Assembly: GCA_021156325.1 (NCBI GenBank)
Contig: JAJNDI010000004.1
Location: forward strand, 4,549-68,548
Direction: 5' to 3'
Source of the DNA: Gammaproteobacteria bacterium
GTDB taxonomy: Bacteria > Pseudomonadota > Gammaproteobacteria > JAJFKG01
DNA: 64,000 bases
In this document: positions 33,829 through 42,822 of the stretch, one piece after another
How positions within the stretch are numbered: the stretch's first letter is position 1
How the letters are laid out: each line of letters starts with the position of its first letter
The notes under the pieces: model-generated
Databases searched by the model: none
Seen by the model: the letters and a program-made list of their open reading frames with translations, nothing else
What the model was told of the DNA's origin: nothing
Made by a program: the position numbers and the translations under genes

Positions 33829-35022
33829 ATGTCTCAGATGATCGATCTTGTTACTCAATACGGCGCGCATAATTATGATCCTTTACCGGTTGTTTTAGTA
33901 AAAGGACAAGGCGCTTGTGTTTTCGATGAAAAGGGTAAACCTTATATTGATATGATGTCAGCTTATTCTGCTGTCTCTCATGGCCATTGTCATCCCGCAT
34001 TAATACGGGTTTTAACAGAACAAGCCAATCGTTTATCGGTAGTATCCCGTGCTTATCACGCCGATACCTTAGGGCTTTTTTTAAAAACAGCCTGTGAATT
34101 ATTTAACTATGAAAAAGCGTTACCGATGAATACGGGAGCAGAAGCCGTAGAAACAGCGATTAAAATGGCGCGCAAATGGGCTTACACTGTTAAAAAAGTA
34201 GCGGAAAATAAAGCTGAAATCATTAGTTGTTCGGGTAATTTTCATGGACGTACAGTCAGTATCATCAGTTTTTCAACTGAACCTGCCTATCGTGCGCACT
34301 TTGGGCCGTTTACGCCGGGATTTGTCACGATTCCTTATGGTGATGCGAGCGCCTTGGCTTCTGCTATTAATGAAAACACAGCGGCTTTTTTAGTAGAACC
34401 TATTCAGGGAGAGGCTGGGATCATCGTGCCGCCAGAAGGCTATTTGCGAGAATGTGAAAGGCTGTGCCGCAAACATAATGTTTTATTAATGTGTGATGAA
34501 ATCCAAACGGGTTTAGGCCGTACGGGAAAACTCATTGCGTCAGAGCATGAAGCGGTAAGGCCTGATTGTTTAATCCTGGGCAAAGCCTTGGGCGGCGGTT
34601 TGATTCCCGTATCGATGGTGTTAGCCGATGCATCTGTTATGTCTGTTTTCAAACCCGGTGATCACGGTAGTACCTTTGGCGGTTATGGTTTGGCAGCGGC
34701 AGTAGGTAAGGCAGCGTTAGATGTATTAGTAGAAGAAAACCTGGTAGCGCGTGCAGAGAAACTCGGGCAATTTTTCATGAATGGATTAAAGCAGCTTAAA
34801 AGCAAAGCGATTAAAGAAATCCGCGGCAAAGGTTTGATGCTCGGTATCGAAGTAGATCCTCGCTATGCTTGCGCTCGTGATATTTGTCTGGCTTTATTGG
34901 AACGCGGTGTTTTGAGCAAAGAAACCCATGAAGTGACCATCAGGCTGGCGCCTCCTTTGGTGATTAGCGAGGCACAATTGACAGAGGTATTGAGTCATTT
35001 AAAGGCTGTTTTTAGTCAATGA
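33829..35022 (+). CDS. rocD: ornithine aminotransferase
   Basis: Class III PLP aminotransferase. The 'YSAVSHGHCHP' region matches the OAT family. Confidence 0.8.
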   Translation: MSQMIDLVTQYGAHNYDPLPVVLVKGQGACVFDEKGKPYIDMMSAYSAVSHGHCHPALIRVLTEQANRLSVVSRAYHADTLGLFLKTACELFNYEKALPMNTGAEAVETAIKMARKWAYTVKKVAENKAEIISCSGNFHGRTVSIISFSTEPAYRAHFGPFTPGFVTIPYGDASALASAINENTAAFLVEPIQGEAGIIVPPEGYLRECERLCRKHNVLLMCDEIQTGLGRTGKLIASEHEAVRPDCLILGKALGGGLIPVSMVLADASVMSVFKPGDHGSTFGGYGLAAAVGKAALDVLVEENLVARAEKLGQFFMNGLKQLKSKAIKEIRGKGLMLGIEVDPRYACARDICLALLERGVLSKETHEVTIRLAPPLVISEAQLTEVLSHLKAVFSQ

Positions 35023-35128
35023 AGTTAAGAAAAGGCTATGCTGTTGTTTGCTGACCCTGGATAAGCTATGCTTTCACGCAAAGGCCGTATATTGCGCAAA
35101 CAGCCTACTTAATTACTAGGAGAATATA

Positions 35129-36211
35129 ATGACTACATCTACTTATCGTAATTGGCAAAATATTCTTTTTTTCATTACTGTTCCGCTACTTGCGATCGCC
35201 GGCACAATCTGGCTTTGTCTTTTCTCATCCATTTCCTGGCAAACGTGGACGCTGGCAGGGGTTCTGTTAGTCTGCGGGGGGTTATCGATCACCGCCGGAT
35301 ATCATCGCCTGTTTGCTCACCGGACTTATCAAGCTGCCTGGCCCGTTCAACTTTTTTTTGCCTTGTTCGGTGCTTCGGCATTTGAAGGCAGTGTCCTAGA
35401 ATGGTCAACTGATCATCGCAACCATCACCGTTATACGGATACGCCGCGTGATCCTTATAACATCAATCAGGGGTTTTGGTATGCCCACATCGGCTGGATA
35501 TTCACACTGGATGAAAGCAAACGCGATTTCACTAATGTGGCTGATCTGCAAGCAAATCCCTTGCTGCGGATGCAGCACCGTTATTATACGGGTTTTGCCT
35601 TTACGATGGGACTTATTCTGCCAACCGTCATTGCAGCATGTTGGGGAGAAGCGCTGGCAGGCTTCATCGTTGCTGGATTGTTGCGTTTGACGATTCTACA
35701 TCACGGCACATTTTGTATTAACTCATTATGCCATACTATGGGCAGCCGTCGTTATTCCAAGACCAGCTCTGCAAGAGATAACTGGTTATCAGCATTTGTG
35801 ACTTTCGGTGAAGGCTATCATAACTATCACCATCAATTTCCGCGAGATTATCGAAACGGGGTGCGGTTTTATCATTTTGATCCGAGCAAATGGACGATTT
35901 ATCTATTGGCGCGTTTAAAATTAGCTTCTCACTTGTACCGTACGCCGGATTACCATTTAATTCAAGCCCGTTTTGAATCAGGCGCGCATCAATTATCGGC
36001 TGCAGGCATAAACTCGCCCATTATTGTGCAATTGCAAGAAGCCATTCAAGAATGTATTGCCAAGATCAAACATCTTGAAGCAGCTTATGCAGAAGCTACG
36101 TTAAAAGAGTTAAAAGAATATCAAGTGAAGATCAAATTGGCAACGCTTGAATTGCTGCATTTGTTCCGTCAATGGAAAAAGCAGTTAGCAAGGGTGCCAG
36201 CGTTGTCGTAA
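35129..36211 (+). CDS. acyl-CoA (delta-9-type) fatty acid desaturase
   Basis: Three His boxes (HRLFAH, HRNHHRYTD, HNYHHQF) and 4 TM helices. Confidence 0.85.
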   Translation: MTTSTYRNWQNILFFITVPLLAIAGTIWLCLFSSISWQTWTLAGVLLVCGGLSITAGYHRLFAHRTYQAAWPVQLFFALFGASAFEGSVLEWSTDHRNHHRYTDTPRDPYNINQGFWYAHIGWIFTLDESKRDFTNVADLQANPLLRMQHRYYTGFAFTMGLILPTVIAACWGEALAGFIVAGLLRLTILHHGTFCINSLCHTMGSRRYSKTSSARDNWLSAFVTFGEGYHNYHHQFPRDYRNGVRFYHFDPSKWTIYLLARLKLASHLYRTPDYHLIQARFESGAHQLSAAGINSPIIVQLQEAIQECIAKIKHLEAAYAEATLKELKEYQVKIKLATLELLHLFRQWKKQLARVPALS

Positions 36212-38171
36212 CAGATGATAGGTTAGCAATGACCGGTTCCTGCTCGTTTGCTTTTGCCAAAGCAGCTTGTGCTTTTGCAAGCAGTTCTTCATCAATACGC
36301 ATGGCAGTTATTTTTCCATTAAGCCAATCGGCTGTATAGCGCCTTAATTGTGCTTGTATTGGAAGATCAGCAGGAAACAATTGCTGCCAATAATCTGACA
36401 GCTGTTGGATAACAAAGCTTTTATTCAAATGCTCAGGTTGAGAAAGCATTAGGTAAGCTTCGAGGCTGCCATAAAAATCAGATCTTATATGATCAAGGTT
36501 GTCTTCTAACGCTGTCTGCAGCAGTGCTTTGACTTGCGGTGCAAATAATTCTTGTAAGGCTTGCGAATAGAGTAAATCAGCATTTTCATTAAGATGGCGA
36601 TAACGTTTATCCAAAAAAGGCATTATCCAGGTGGTTTTTGTAGTATGCAGTTGAATAGCTGCTTCTTCGGCAGCCTGAAGGGTAGAGACAACAAGACGAA
36701 ATCTGTCAGCTGCTGACGAGTACATTACCTCTTTATTGACCACTTTTGTCAAGGTTTGATAAGCAGTTAATGCTTTTTCAGCCGCATCAATTTGTTTGAT
36801 TTGCCTTTGCAAATCAAGCGATCCGGTAATAGTGATAGTGACAATAAACGTTGCTATTATGAGAATAAAAAACCGGTTTCGCCATTTGTTAAGGTGTTGG
36901 CTCGAAGCAGGCGCTGGAACCAGCGTTTGATCTTGGGCTAATAAACGTTGCAGAAAATCTTTTGAAAAAAAAGCACGGCTCGTATAAGAGTCTGTCATTC
37001 GCAAGGGTTTTACAGGGATAGCACGCAGTTCCATTTTTTGTTGAAGACAGCCAATAAGATAGTCTTCAGGATTGCCTGTTTGAAAATTGCTGGTAAAGTA
37101 AATTCCGCGGATCCAGGGTGTTTTAGCAGTTGCCGCCAATTGTCGGAAAAAAGGCGTAATAAATTGAAACACCCTTTCTAATTGGGTGGGAAAGTCTTTG
37201 ATTAACAATCGCTTTTGACTATTAAGCTCGTGATGTAAACGCCACAATACTTGTTCATGCAATCTTATTAACAATGCAGATAATTCTTTATTAAGAGATG
37301 CCATCCACTGACGAAGTTTTAGAGGCTGCAGGTGAGAGAAAGTTATTCCCCAGATTTGTTCTCTTTCTTCTTGGCCCAGATCACCAAAAAATGTCTCAAA
37401 ACCTAAGATCCGATCGCATTGATTGCCAACAATATAGACAGGGATTTCCTGATTTAAGATGTGTTTGATTTCAGAGAGCATTAACCCTGTATTATGACAA
37501 AGCCAAAGTGATTTCTGTCGAGGCTGTTTTATTATCATTGGTAAATCCAGCACAACGATAACACCTTTTAAATGGTGCTGCCCTTCTTGTTTAATGAGAG
37601 ATAACAAGGTGTGCCAAAGCACTTTTTCATGTTTGTCTCGCCTTGAAGCCGGGCAAAAACGGCCTGTTGTATCTAAAAAAACGCTTTGACGGCTTGCCCA
37701 CCAATCGCACAATTCGGTGGGATTGACCTTTTCTCCTTCAGTTGACTGCCGGGATTGCTTTGCCAAAATAAAGGACATATCAGACTTAGCTAATAAAGTT
37801 GTTTTACCTGCTCCGGATGCGCCGATGAGTAAATACCACGGTAAATCCGATAAGGTTTTTTGGGAAGCATTGTTATTTAACAGGGTGCGTTTTAAAAATG
37901 CTGTGGCTCCCTGGAATTGCTGCACTAATAGTTCACGCGCAATGAGGGTTTTAGTCTGCGATTTAGGTATAGTCGTTCTTGCAGAAGATTTTAACAAGAC
38001 AGATAAAAACCAAATAAAAATAAACACTGTGTTGATGATGGCACGATTCAATACTGGTTCTAAAGGTTGTTGACCTCCGATGTATAAGGTTGGCCCTTCT
38101 ATCCAGATGAGAGCCAGTAAAATGCACAGTAAAATAAAACTGATGCATTGGTGGAAGAGAATTCGCTTCAT
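36132..38171 (-). CDS. icmF: IcmF/TssM-family (ImcF-related) inner-membrane NTPase, short form
   Basis: N-terminal TM helices and Walker A 'LPWYLLIGASGAGKTTLL' as in IcmF/TssM. The third TM falls near aa 440. At 679 aa the protein lacks most of the usual periplasmic C-terminal domain. Confidence 0.55.
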   Translation of the reverse strand: MKRILFHQCISFILLCILLALIWIEGPTLYIGGQQPLEPVLNRAIINTVFIFIWFLSVLLKSSARTTIPKSQTKTLIARELLVQQFQGATAFLKRTLLNNNASQKTLSDLPWYLLIGASGAGKTTLLAKSDMSFILAKQSRQSTEGEKVNPTELCDWWASRQSVFLDTTGRFCPASRRDKHEKVLWHTLLSLIKQEGQHHLKGVIVVLDLPMIIKQPRQKSLWLCHNTGLMLSEIKHILNQEIPVYIVGNQCDRILGFETFFGDLGQEEREQIWGITFSHLQPLKLRQWMASLNKELSALLIRLHEQVLWRLHHELNSQKRLLIKDFPTQLERVFQFITPFFRQLAATAKTPWIRGIYFTSNFQTGNPEDYLIGCLQQKMELRAIPVKPLRMTDSYTSRAFFSKDFLQRLLAQDQTLVPAPASSQHLNKWRNRFFILIIATFIVTITITGSLDLQRQIKQIDAAEKALTAYQTLTKVVNKEVMYSSAADRFRLVVSTLQAAEEAAIQLHTTKTTWIMPFLDKRYRHLNENADLLYSQALQELFAPQVKALLQTALEDNLDHIRSDFYGSLEAYLMLSQPEHLNKSFVIQQLSDYWQQLFPADLPIQAQLRRYTADWLNGKITAMRIDEELLAKAQAALAKANEQEPVIANLSSVTTTLAPLLTAFSIDGTNAAIQALPI

Positions 38172-38185
38172 TAAGGCCTAGCCTC

Positions 38186-39079
38186 TTATTCCCCTCTCCC
38201 GCTTGGCGCGAGAAGGTGTCGCGAAGCGGCGGGAGAGGGCGCGCGCAGCGCTGCTGGCACAGTGTTGTATGCTGACACTTGCTCTACCGTATTGACGAGC
38301 GGTATCGTTGCGGCAAACAAAGCGTAATGGAAAGCACTATATAAGAGCCCTAATCCCAAAAGGCCGGCTAAAGTGATACGCCATAAACGCAAAGGTTGGA
38401 ATGTTGGAAGTAAAGGCATTTTCTGCCAATGTTTGCAAACCGATAGCCGTTTTTTAACGTCCCCGCGCTCTTCACGAATCAGATGGTAAAGATCATCTAA
38501 CAACGTTTCGAATTCATGACGTCTCTCTGGTTTAAAACGATAGCGGCCTTCAAAACCTAAACTGAGGCAGGTATACATAATTTCCAGGAGTTCCAGATAA
38601 TGCGCTGGATCAGCCCGAATATGATCTAATATTGAAAAAAACCGATCATTTGCAGACTGTTCTTGTTGGAAAGTGCCAAGTAAATTTTGCTGATTTCCCC
38701 CCGCTTCTGAAGTACCGCTTGCGGTTTGAAGGGTTTCATCGAGTGTTGCACATAAAGCATAACGGGCTACAGTAATGAATTCTGGTGAATAATCTTTAGC
38801 ACGCGCTAAGCTTTCAAAAGCTTTTATCTCATGGATTAGATGTTGATACAAAGCAGGACTCGCCGCTTCTGATCGAGCATATTGCAAAGTAATGATAATG
38901 CTAAAAAGCGGGGCTGCTGCTTTGGATAAGGGGGTTGTTCCTGTCTGCGCTACGTAGGTTTTAGAGCGATAGTAAGGCTGATTACGGGCAACCAGCGGTT
39001 GTTTTAAGCGTGACAACCCTAAGGATTGCGAAAAAGAGGGGGGTGAGGTGGTGGTTTTAACAAACGGCTCTGCTAACAT
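38186..39079 (-). CDS. icmH: DotU/IcmH (TssL-family) protein
   Basis: 'ARYALCATLDE' DotU signature and a single C-terminal TM helix. The last ~25 codons lie inside a REP-like palindromic element. Confidence 0.6.
   Translation of the reverse strand: MLAEPFVKTTTSPPSFSQSLGLSRLKQPLVARNQPYYRSKTYVAQTGTTPLSKAAAPLFSIIITLQYARSEAASPALYQHLIHEIKAFESLARAKDYSPEFITVARYALCATLDETLQTASGTSEAGGNQQNLLGTFQQEQSANDRFFSILDHIRADPAHYLELLEIMYTCLSLGFEGRYRFKPERRHEFETLLDDLYHLIREERGDVKKRLSVCKHWQKMPLLPTFQPLRLWRITLAGLLGLGLLYSAFHYALFAATIPLVNTVEQVSAYNTVPAALRAPSPAASRHLLAPSGRGE
38191..38268. repeat. REP-like palindromic element (CCCTCTCCCGC-N26-GCGGGAGAGGG + CGCGCGCAGCGCTGCTGGCACA)
   Basis: Perfect 11-nt inverted repeat. It sits at the dotU 3' end / icmF 5' junction. 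Confidence 0.7.
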
Positions 39080-39413
39080 CGTATTAACCCGCCTCTATTG
39101 TTGTGTTCCTGCTTTGAATAGCTTTACTCCTAGATACTACTAGAACAACTGCTATTTGCAATAGGAACAGATGGATAGCTCTCAGGATTGGTCGAATAGT
39201 GTGCAGTTTTTATCGATTTAAAGGGTTTTTGAGGGGTTTTAATCCGATTTTTGGGGGGAAGATGCGCAATAATAGCGCTAGAGCCATAATTGTGTTAAGA
39301 TCCTTTCCGCTACTAAGTTATGTTCGTCTGGTTCTTCTGCAAACTGCTTTGAATGTTCCCGATTTCATACTTCGCAGCAGTAATAGTAATGTTAATTGAT
39401 CGAGGAGAGTTTC

Positions 39414-39752
39414 ATGGAAACTGCTAAATTATATATTGGGAATCTGCCTTTCACTGTTAGCAACGACGATGTTAAAGCATTGTTCGGTGAAGCAGGTGAA
39501 GTGGAAGATGTGCGTCTTATTACAGATCGGGAAACAGGCCGTTCAAAAGGTTATGCCTTTGTCACTTTCGTAACAGAAAATGGCGCGACTGCTGCATTGG
39601 AGAAATTCAATGGGTATGAATACCAAGGCCGTGCGCTGCGTGTTGATCGGGCACGTCCTAGCACAGGCGGCGGCGGTGGTGGCCGTGGTGACCGCGGTGA
39701 CCGTGGAGGCCAACGTCGCAATAATAGTGGTGCTGGACGCGAACGCTACTAA
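39414..39752 (+). CDS. RRM-domain glycine/arginine-rich RNA-binding protein
   Basis: RNP2 'LYIGNL', RNP1 'KGYAFVTF' and a C-terminal 'GGGGGGRGDRGDRGG' tail. A strong GAGGAG Shine-Dalgarno sits 6 nt upstream of the chosen ATG. Confidence 0.85.
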   Translation: METAKLYIGNLPFTVSNDDVKALFGEAGEVEDVRLITDRETGRSKGYAFVTFVTENGATAALEKFNGYEYQGRALRVDRARPSTGGGGGGRGDRGDRGGQRRNNSGAGRERY

Positions 39753-39776
39753 CCCATTATTTTTCATTTCTTCAGA

Positions 39777-39815
39777 ATCGCCGCATTGTATACTTATAAT
39801 GCGGCGATTTTTTTT
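39777..39815 (+). terminator. rho-independent terminator after RRM gene
   Basis: ATCGCCGCAT / ATGCGGCGAT 10-bp stem followed by a T8 run. Confidence 0.8.
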
Positions 39816-39904
39816 GTAAACCTATAAATCTCCCATCGCGGCTAACGCCATATCGCTCTTCTTTGTCAAAAGAGGTGGGATTCAAAGAAACTTTCAACCA
39901 ATAA

Positions 39905-39939
39905 AAAAGACGCGTATAAGGTGTGAACCTTATACGCGT
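39905..39939 (-). terminator. rho-independent terminator on minus strand (12-bp stem ACGCGTATAAGG/CCTTATACGCGT + U7)
   Basis: Perfect 12-bp inverted repeat. On the minus strand it is followed by TTTTTTTAT, and no annotated minus-strand gene lies upstream of it. Confidence 0.6.
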
Positions 39940-40178
39940 TGGCACAAAATACAAGGAGTTATGCAATTTGACAAGGTTCATTATACAGGCCTTATAAGCT
40001 TGCAATATCGGAAAAAGCAGATGCTTTTTGTAAGCTATTAGCTTTATCGCCGTAAGAAATCTCTGTATTTAAAAGGGTAAATTATCTGTTAAAAATAAGG
40101 TGATTTTTTTAAAAAATAAAACTAGAATGCCTCCACAATTACACAGGGTGTGTAATTTCCCTAAGAAAAGGAGTTTGC

Positions 40179-41063
40179 ATGTCGAACTATATTCTGCCTA
40201 CTTGTTATGTGGCAGGAACTGTACTGTTTATTGGCGATCAATATCGGGAATTAACCGGTATTCGAAAAGCATTATTGCCTCATTTTTTCTATCGTATCTT
40301 TGACGAGCCTAAACAAGCAGAACGGTTTTTGCTAAAAGGCTATTACCCGCGCGTCAATAATCAACCTTGGGTTCGTTCGGAAGCATTCGATCACACTGTA
40401 AGAACCCGTTTTCATTTTTGTGAAAAGACGTTGTCAGATGAGTTATGTTCATCGCATCGATTTGAAGAAGTGGTAGTTGCTGTCATTGATAGCAGTATTC
40501 GTGAACCTTCCCTGTTTGATTTATGCCGGCGTATTCAGTTTATCGAATGTAAAAAATTGCTGCTGATTTTGCCTGACGAGGTGGGTATGGCAAAAAAAGC
40601 TGTAAAAGAAGGAATTATTGATGGTTATGTAGTTAAAGATGATAGCCCATCAATGATGCTTAAATTAACCACTGCGATTTCAACGCTGGCTTATAATTAT
40701 TTTCAAGAGTTTTCATTACCGATCGTGTCGCAATTGCAATTAACAATGCCTTATTTAAGTGATGTTGCTTTTGTTGATTTTTTTCAAAATATTTGTTTCG
40801 ATAAAGATATTATTGAGTTTTATTTGATTGATCCTGCTGGAGGTTATTTGTTGCTGGATGCCAATGCTAATCCGTATTATTTTGAAATTGCCTCAGGACA
40901 AGTTCCAACAACATGGTCTGCTGAAAACATTAACGCTGTTTGTGGTAAACAGATTTATTATTATCGTTTGTTTGATGAGGCTGAGATGCTGCCATTGACA
41001 GCTGGTAGCCAGGAATGGGAATCCTTTAGGTCTTTTTGTGCGAGAGCAGCAGAGTACCTTTAA
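40179..41063 (+). CDS. hypothetical protein (AT-rich orphan; degenerate receiver-like central segment)
   Basis: AAAAGGAG RBS and an intact 294-aa ORF with no confident family assignment. Confidence 0.5.
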   Translation: MSNYILPTCYVAGTVLFIGDQYRELTGIRKALLPHFFYRIFDEPKQAERFLLKGYYPRVNNQPWVRSEAFDHTVRTRFHFCEKTLSDELCSSHRFEEVVVAVIDSSIREPSLFDLCRRIQFIECKKLLLILPDEVGMAKKAVKEGIIDGYVVKDDSPSMMLKLTTAISTLAYNYFQEFSLPIVSQLQLTMPYLSDVAFVDFFQNICFDKDIIEFYLIDPAGGYLLLDANANPYYFEIASGQVPTTWSAENINAVCGKQIYYYRLFDEAEMLPLTAGSQEWESFRSFCARAAEYL

Positions 41064-41142
41064 GGGTTAAAATACAGCGCCCCTTGGCTTTTTTCTGGCA
41101 TCTCTGTATAGTCGCACTATTCTATTGGCTGGAATTGATTCT

Positions 41143-42009
41143 ATGATCTACAGCATGACAGCGTTTGCCCGGGCTCATCTTCAGCAAGACTGGGGCCAAG
41201 CTGTGTGGGAGATAAGAACGGTAAATCATCGCTATTTAGATATTTCCCTTCGTTTGCCTGATCTCTTTCGTGAATGGGAACCGGTGGTGCGGGAGATGTT
41301 AGCAGGGCAATTGCATCGTGGTAAAGTGGAATGCCAATTGCGATTTTCTCAAAGTGATCAAATCTGTCCTTCGCTGCAAGTTAATATGGCTTTAGTGGAT
41401 CAATTGGTTCAAGCTTGTATTCAAGTTGAAAGCCGGATGAAAACCCACAGCCCTTGCAAGGCAACGGATATTTTACGCTGGCCAGATGTATTGCAAACCA
41501 ATAGCCTCGATATTGCGCCATTAAGAACACCTGTTTTGAACGCGTTAAAGCAATGTTTAAGCGATCTGACCACGATGCGTGCCCGTGAAGGAGCAGCATT
41601 AAGTTCAGCTATTCTGCATCGCCTAACCAGTATTCAATCAGAGATAAATACGCTAAGTCCGCGATTACCCGTTTTTGTAGAGACTGTGCGGCAGAAACTT
41701 AAGGCAAAAGTCGCTGACTTGCAAATAGGCTGTGATCCTCTGCGTCTTGAACAAGAAGTCGTATTGTTAACGCAGAAAGCTGATGTCTCAGAAGAAATAG
41801 ACAGGCTGCAAACCCATGTAAAAGAAGTGCGGCATTGGCTGGAAAAAGGCGGAGAATTGGGACGTAAACTTGATTTTCTCATGCAAGAATTAAATCGGGA
41901 AGCCAATACATTAACTTCCAAGTCAACCGATCCTGATATTACGCGCAGTGCAGTTGAAATCAAAGTTTTAATTGAACAGATGAGAGAACAGATCCAGAAT
42001 ATTGTGTAA
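41143..42009 (+). CDS. yicC: YicC-family stress-induced protein
   Basis: N-terminal 'MIYSMTAFAR' and the C-terminal YicC domain. It lies upstream of gmk, as in E. coli. Confidence 0.8.
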   Translation: MIYSMTAFARAHLQQDWGQAVWEIRTVNHRYLDISLRLPDLFREWEPVVREMLAGQLHRGKVECQLRFSQSDQICPSLQVNMALVDQLVQACIQVESRMKTHSPCKATDILRWPDVLQTNSLDIAPLRTPVLNALKQCLSDLTTMRAREGAALSSAILHRLTSIQSEINTLSPRLPVFVETVRQKLKAKVADLQIGCDPLRLEQEVVLLTQKADVSEEIDRLQTHVKEVRHWLEKGGELGRKLDFLMQELNREANTLTSKSTDPDITRSAVEIKVLIEQMREQIQNIV

Positions 42010-42136
42010 CTACTTACCCTTAGGCTAGGGAAAACGCCATCTTTCCCACAACCTGCATCCAGATCTGCCATTTTTCAGGCTTTTCGAAATAGAGGCAAGC
42101 AGTTACAATATTGTCTAACAATGATGGAATCCGAAC

Positions 42137-42766
42137 ATGACAACAACACAAACAGGTACACTCTATATCATTGCAGGCCCCTCCGGAAGCGGCAAAACCA
42201 GCCTTATTACGGACTTGGTAAAACGTATGCCGGATTTGGCGGTCTCCATATCCCATACTACACGCCCTCAAAGGCCTCAAGAAAAAGACGGTGTTGATTA
42301 TTACTTTGTCAATGAAGAAACCTTTTTGCAGATGATTGAAGCGGGTGAATTTTTAGAATATGCCAAGGTATTTAATTATCACTATTACTATGGCACATCG
42401 CAGCAATGGGTTGAAACGCGTCTATTGCAAGGAACGGATATCATTCTGGAAATTGATTGGCAAGGAGCTATGCAAGTACGGCGTTTGTACCCTGAAGCGG
42501 TGGGGATCTTTATTTTACCGCCTTCTCGAGAAGCCTTGGATAGCAGGCTGCGTCATCGTCAAGGGGATTTACCCGAAATCATTCAGAAACGCTTAGATGT
42601 TGCTGTCGCGGAAATGTCTCATTATGCAGAATTCGACTACTTTATAATCAACCGGGATTTTGAAACAGCCATTTCTGATTTACAAGCGATTATAATCGCT
42701 CAAAATTTGACCTTTTCTAAGCAGGTTCAAAAACAAGCTGCTTTAATTGCCTCCCTCTTGGCTTGA
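42137..42766 (+). CDS. gmk: guanylate kinase
   Basis: 'GPSGSGKTSL' P-loop in a 209-aa protein. Confidence 0.95.
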   Translation: MTTTQTGTLYIIAGPSGSGKTSLITDLVKRMPDLAVSISHTTRPQRPQEKDGVDYYFVNEETFLQMIEAGEFLEYAKVFNYHYYYGTSQQWVETRLLQGTDIILEIDWQGAMQVRRLYPEAVGIFILPPSREALDSRLRHRQGDLPEIIQKRLDVAVAEMSHYAEFDYFIINRDFETAISDLQAIIIAQNLTFSKQVQKQAALIASLLA

Positions 42767-42822
42767 GAGGCAAATCGCGCTAAAATGATTGATTCCCTGC
42801 TTGAATTATATAGGAGCTATCT

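Noticed and set aside
39199-39399. 66-aa ORF upstream of the RRM gene
   Set aside because: No RBS, low complexity, and it lies in the divergent promoter region. It is likely non-coding.
39940-39960. TGGCAC motif suggesting a sigma-54 promoter
   Set aside because: There is no correctly spaced TTGC(A/T) -12 element 10 nt downstream of the GG, so it does not fit the -24/-12 consensus.
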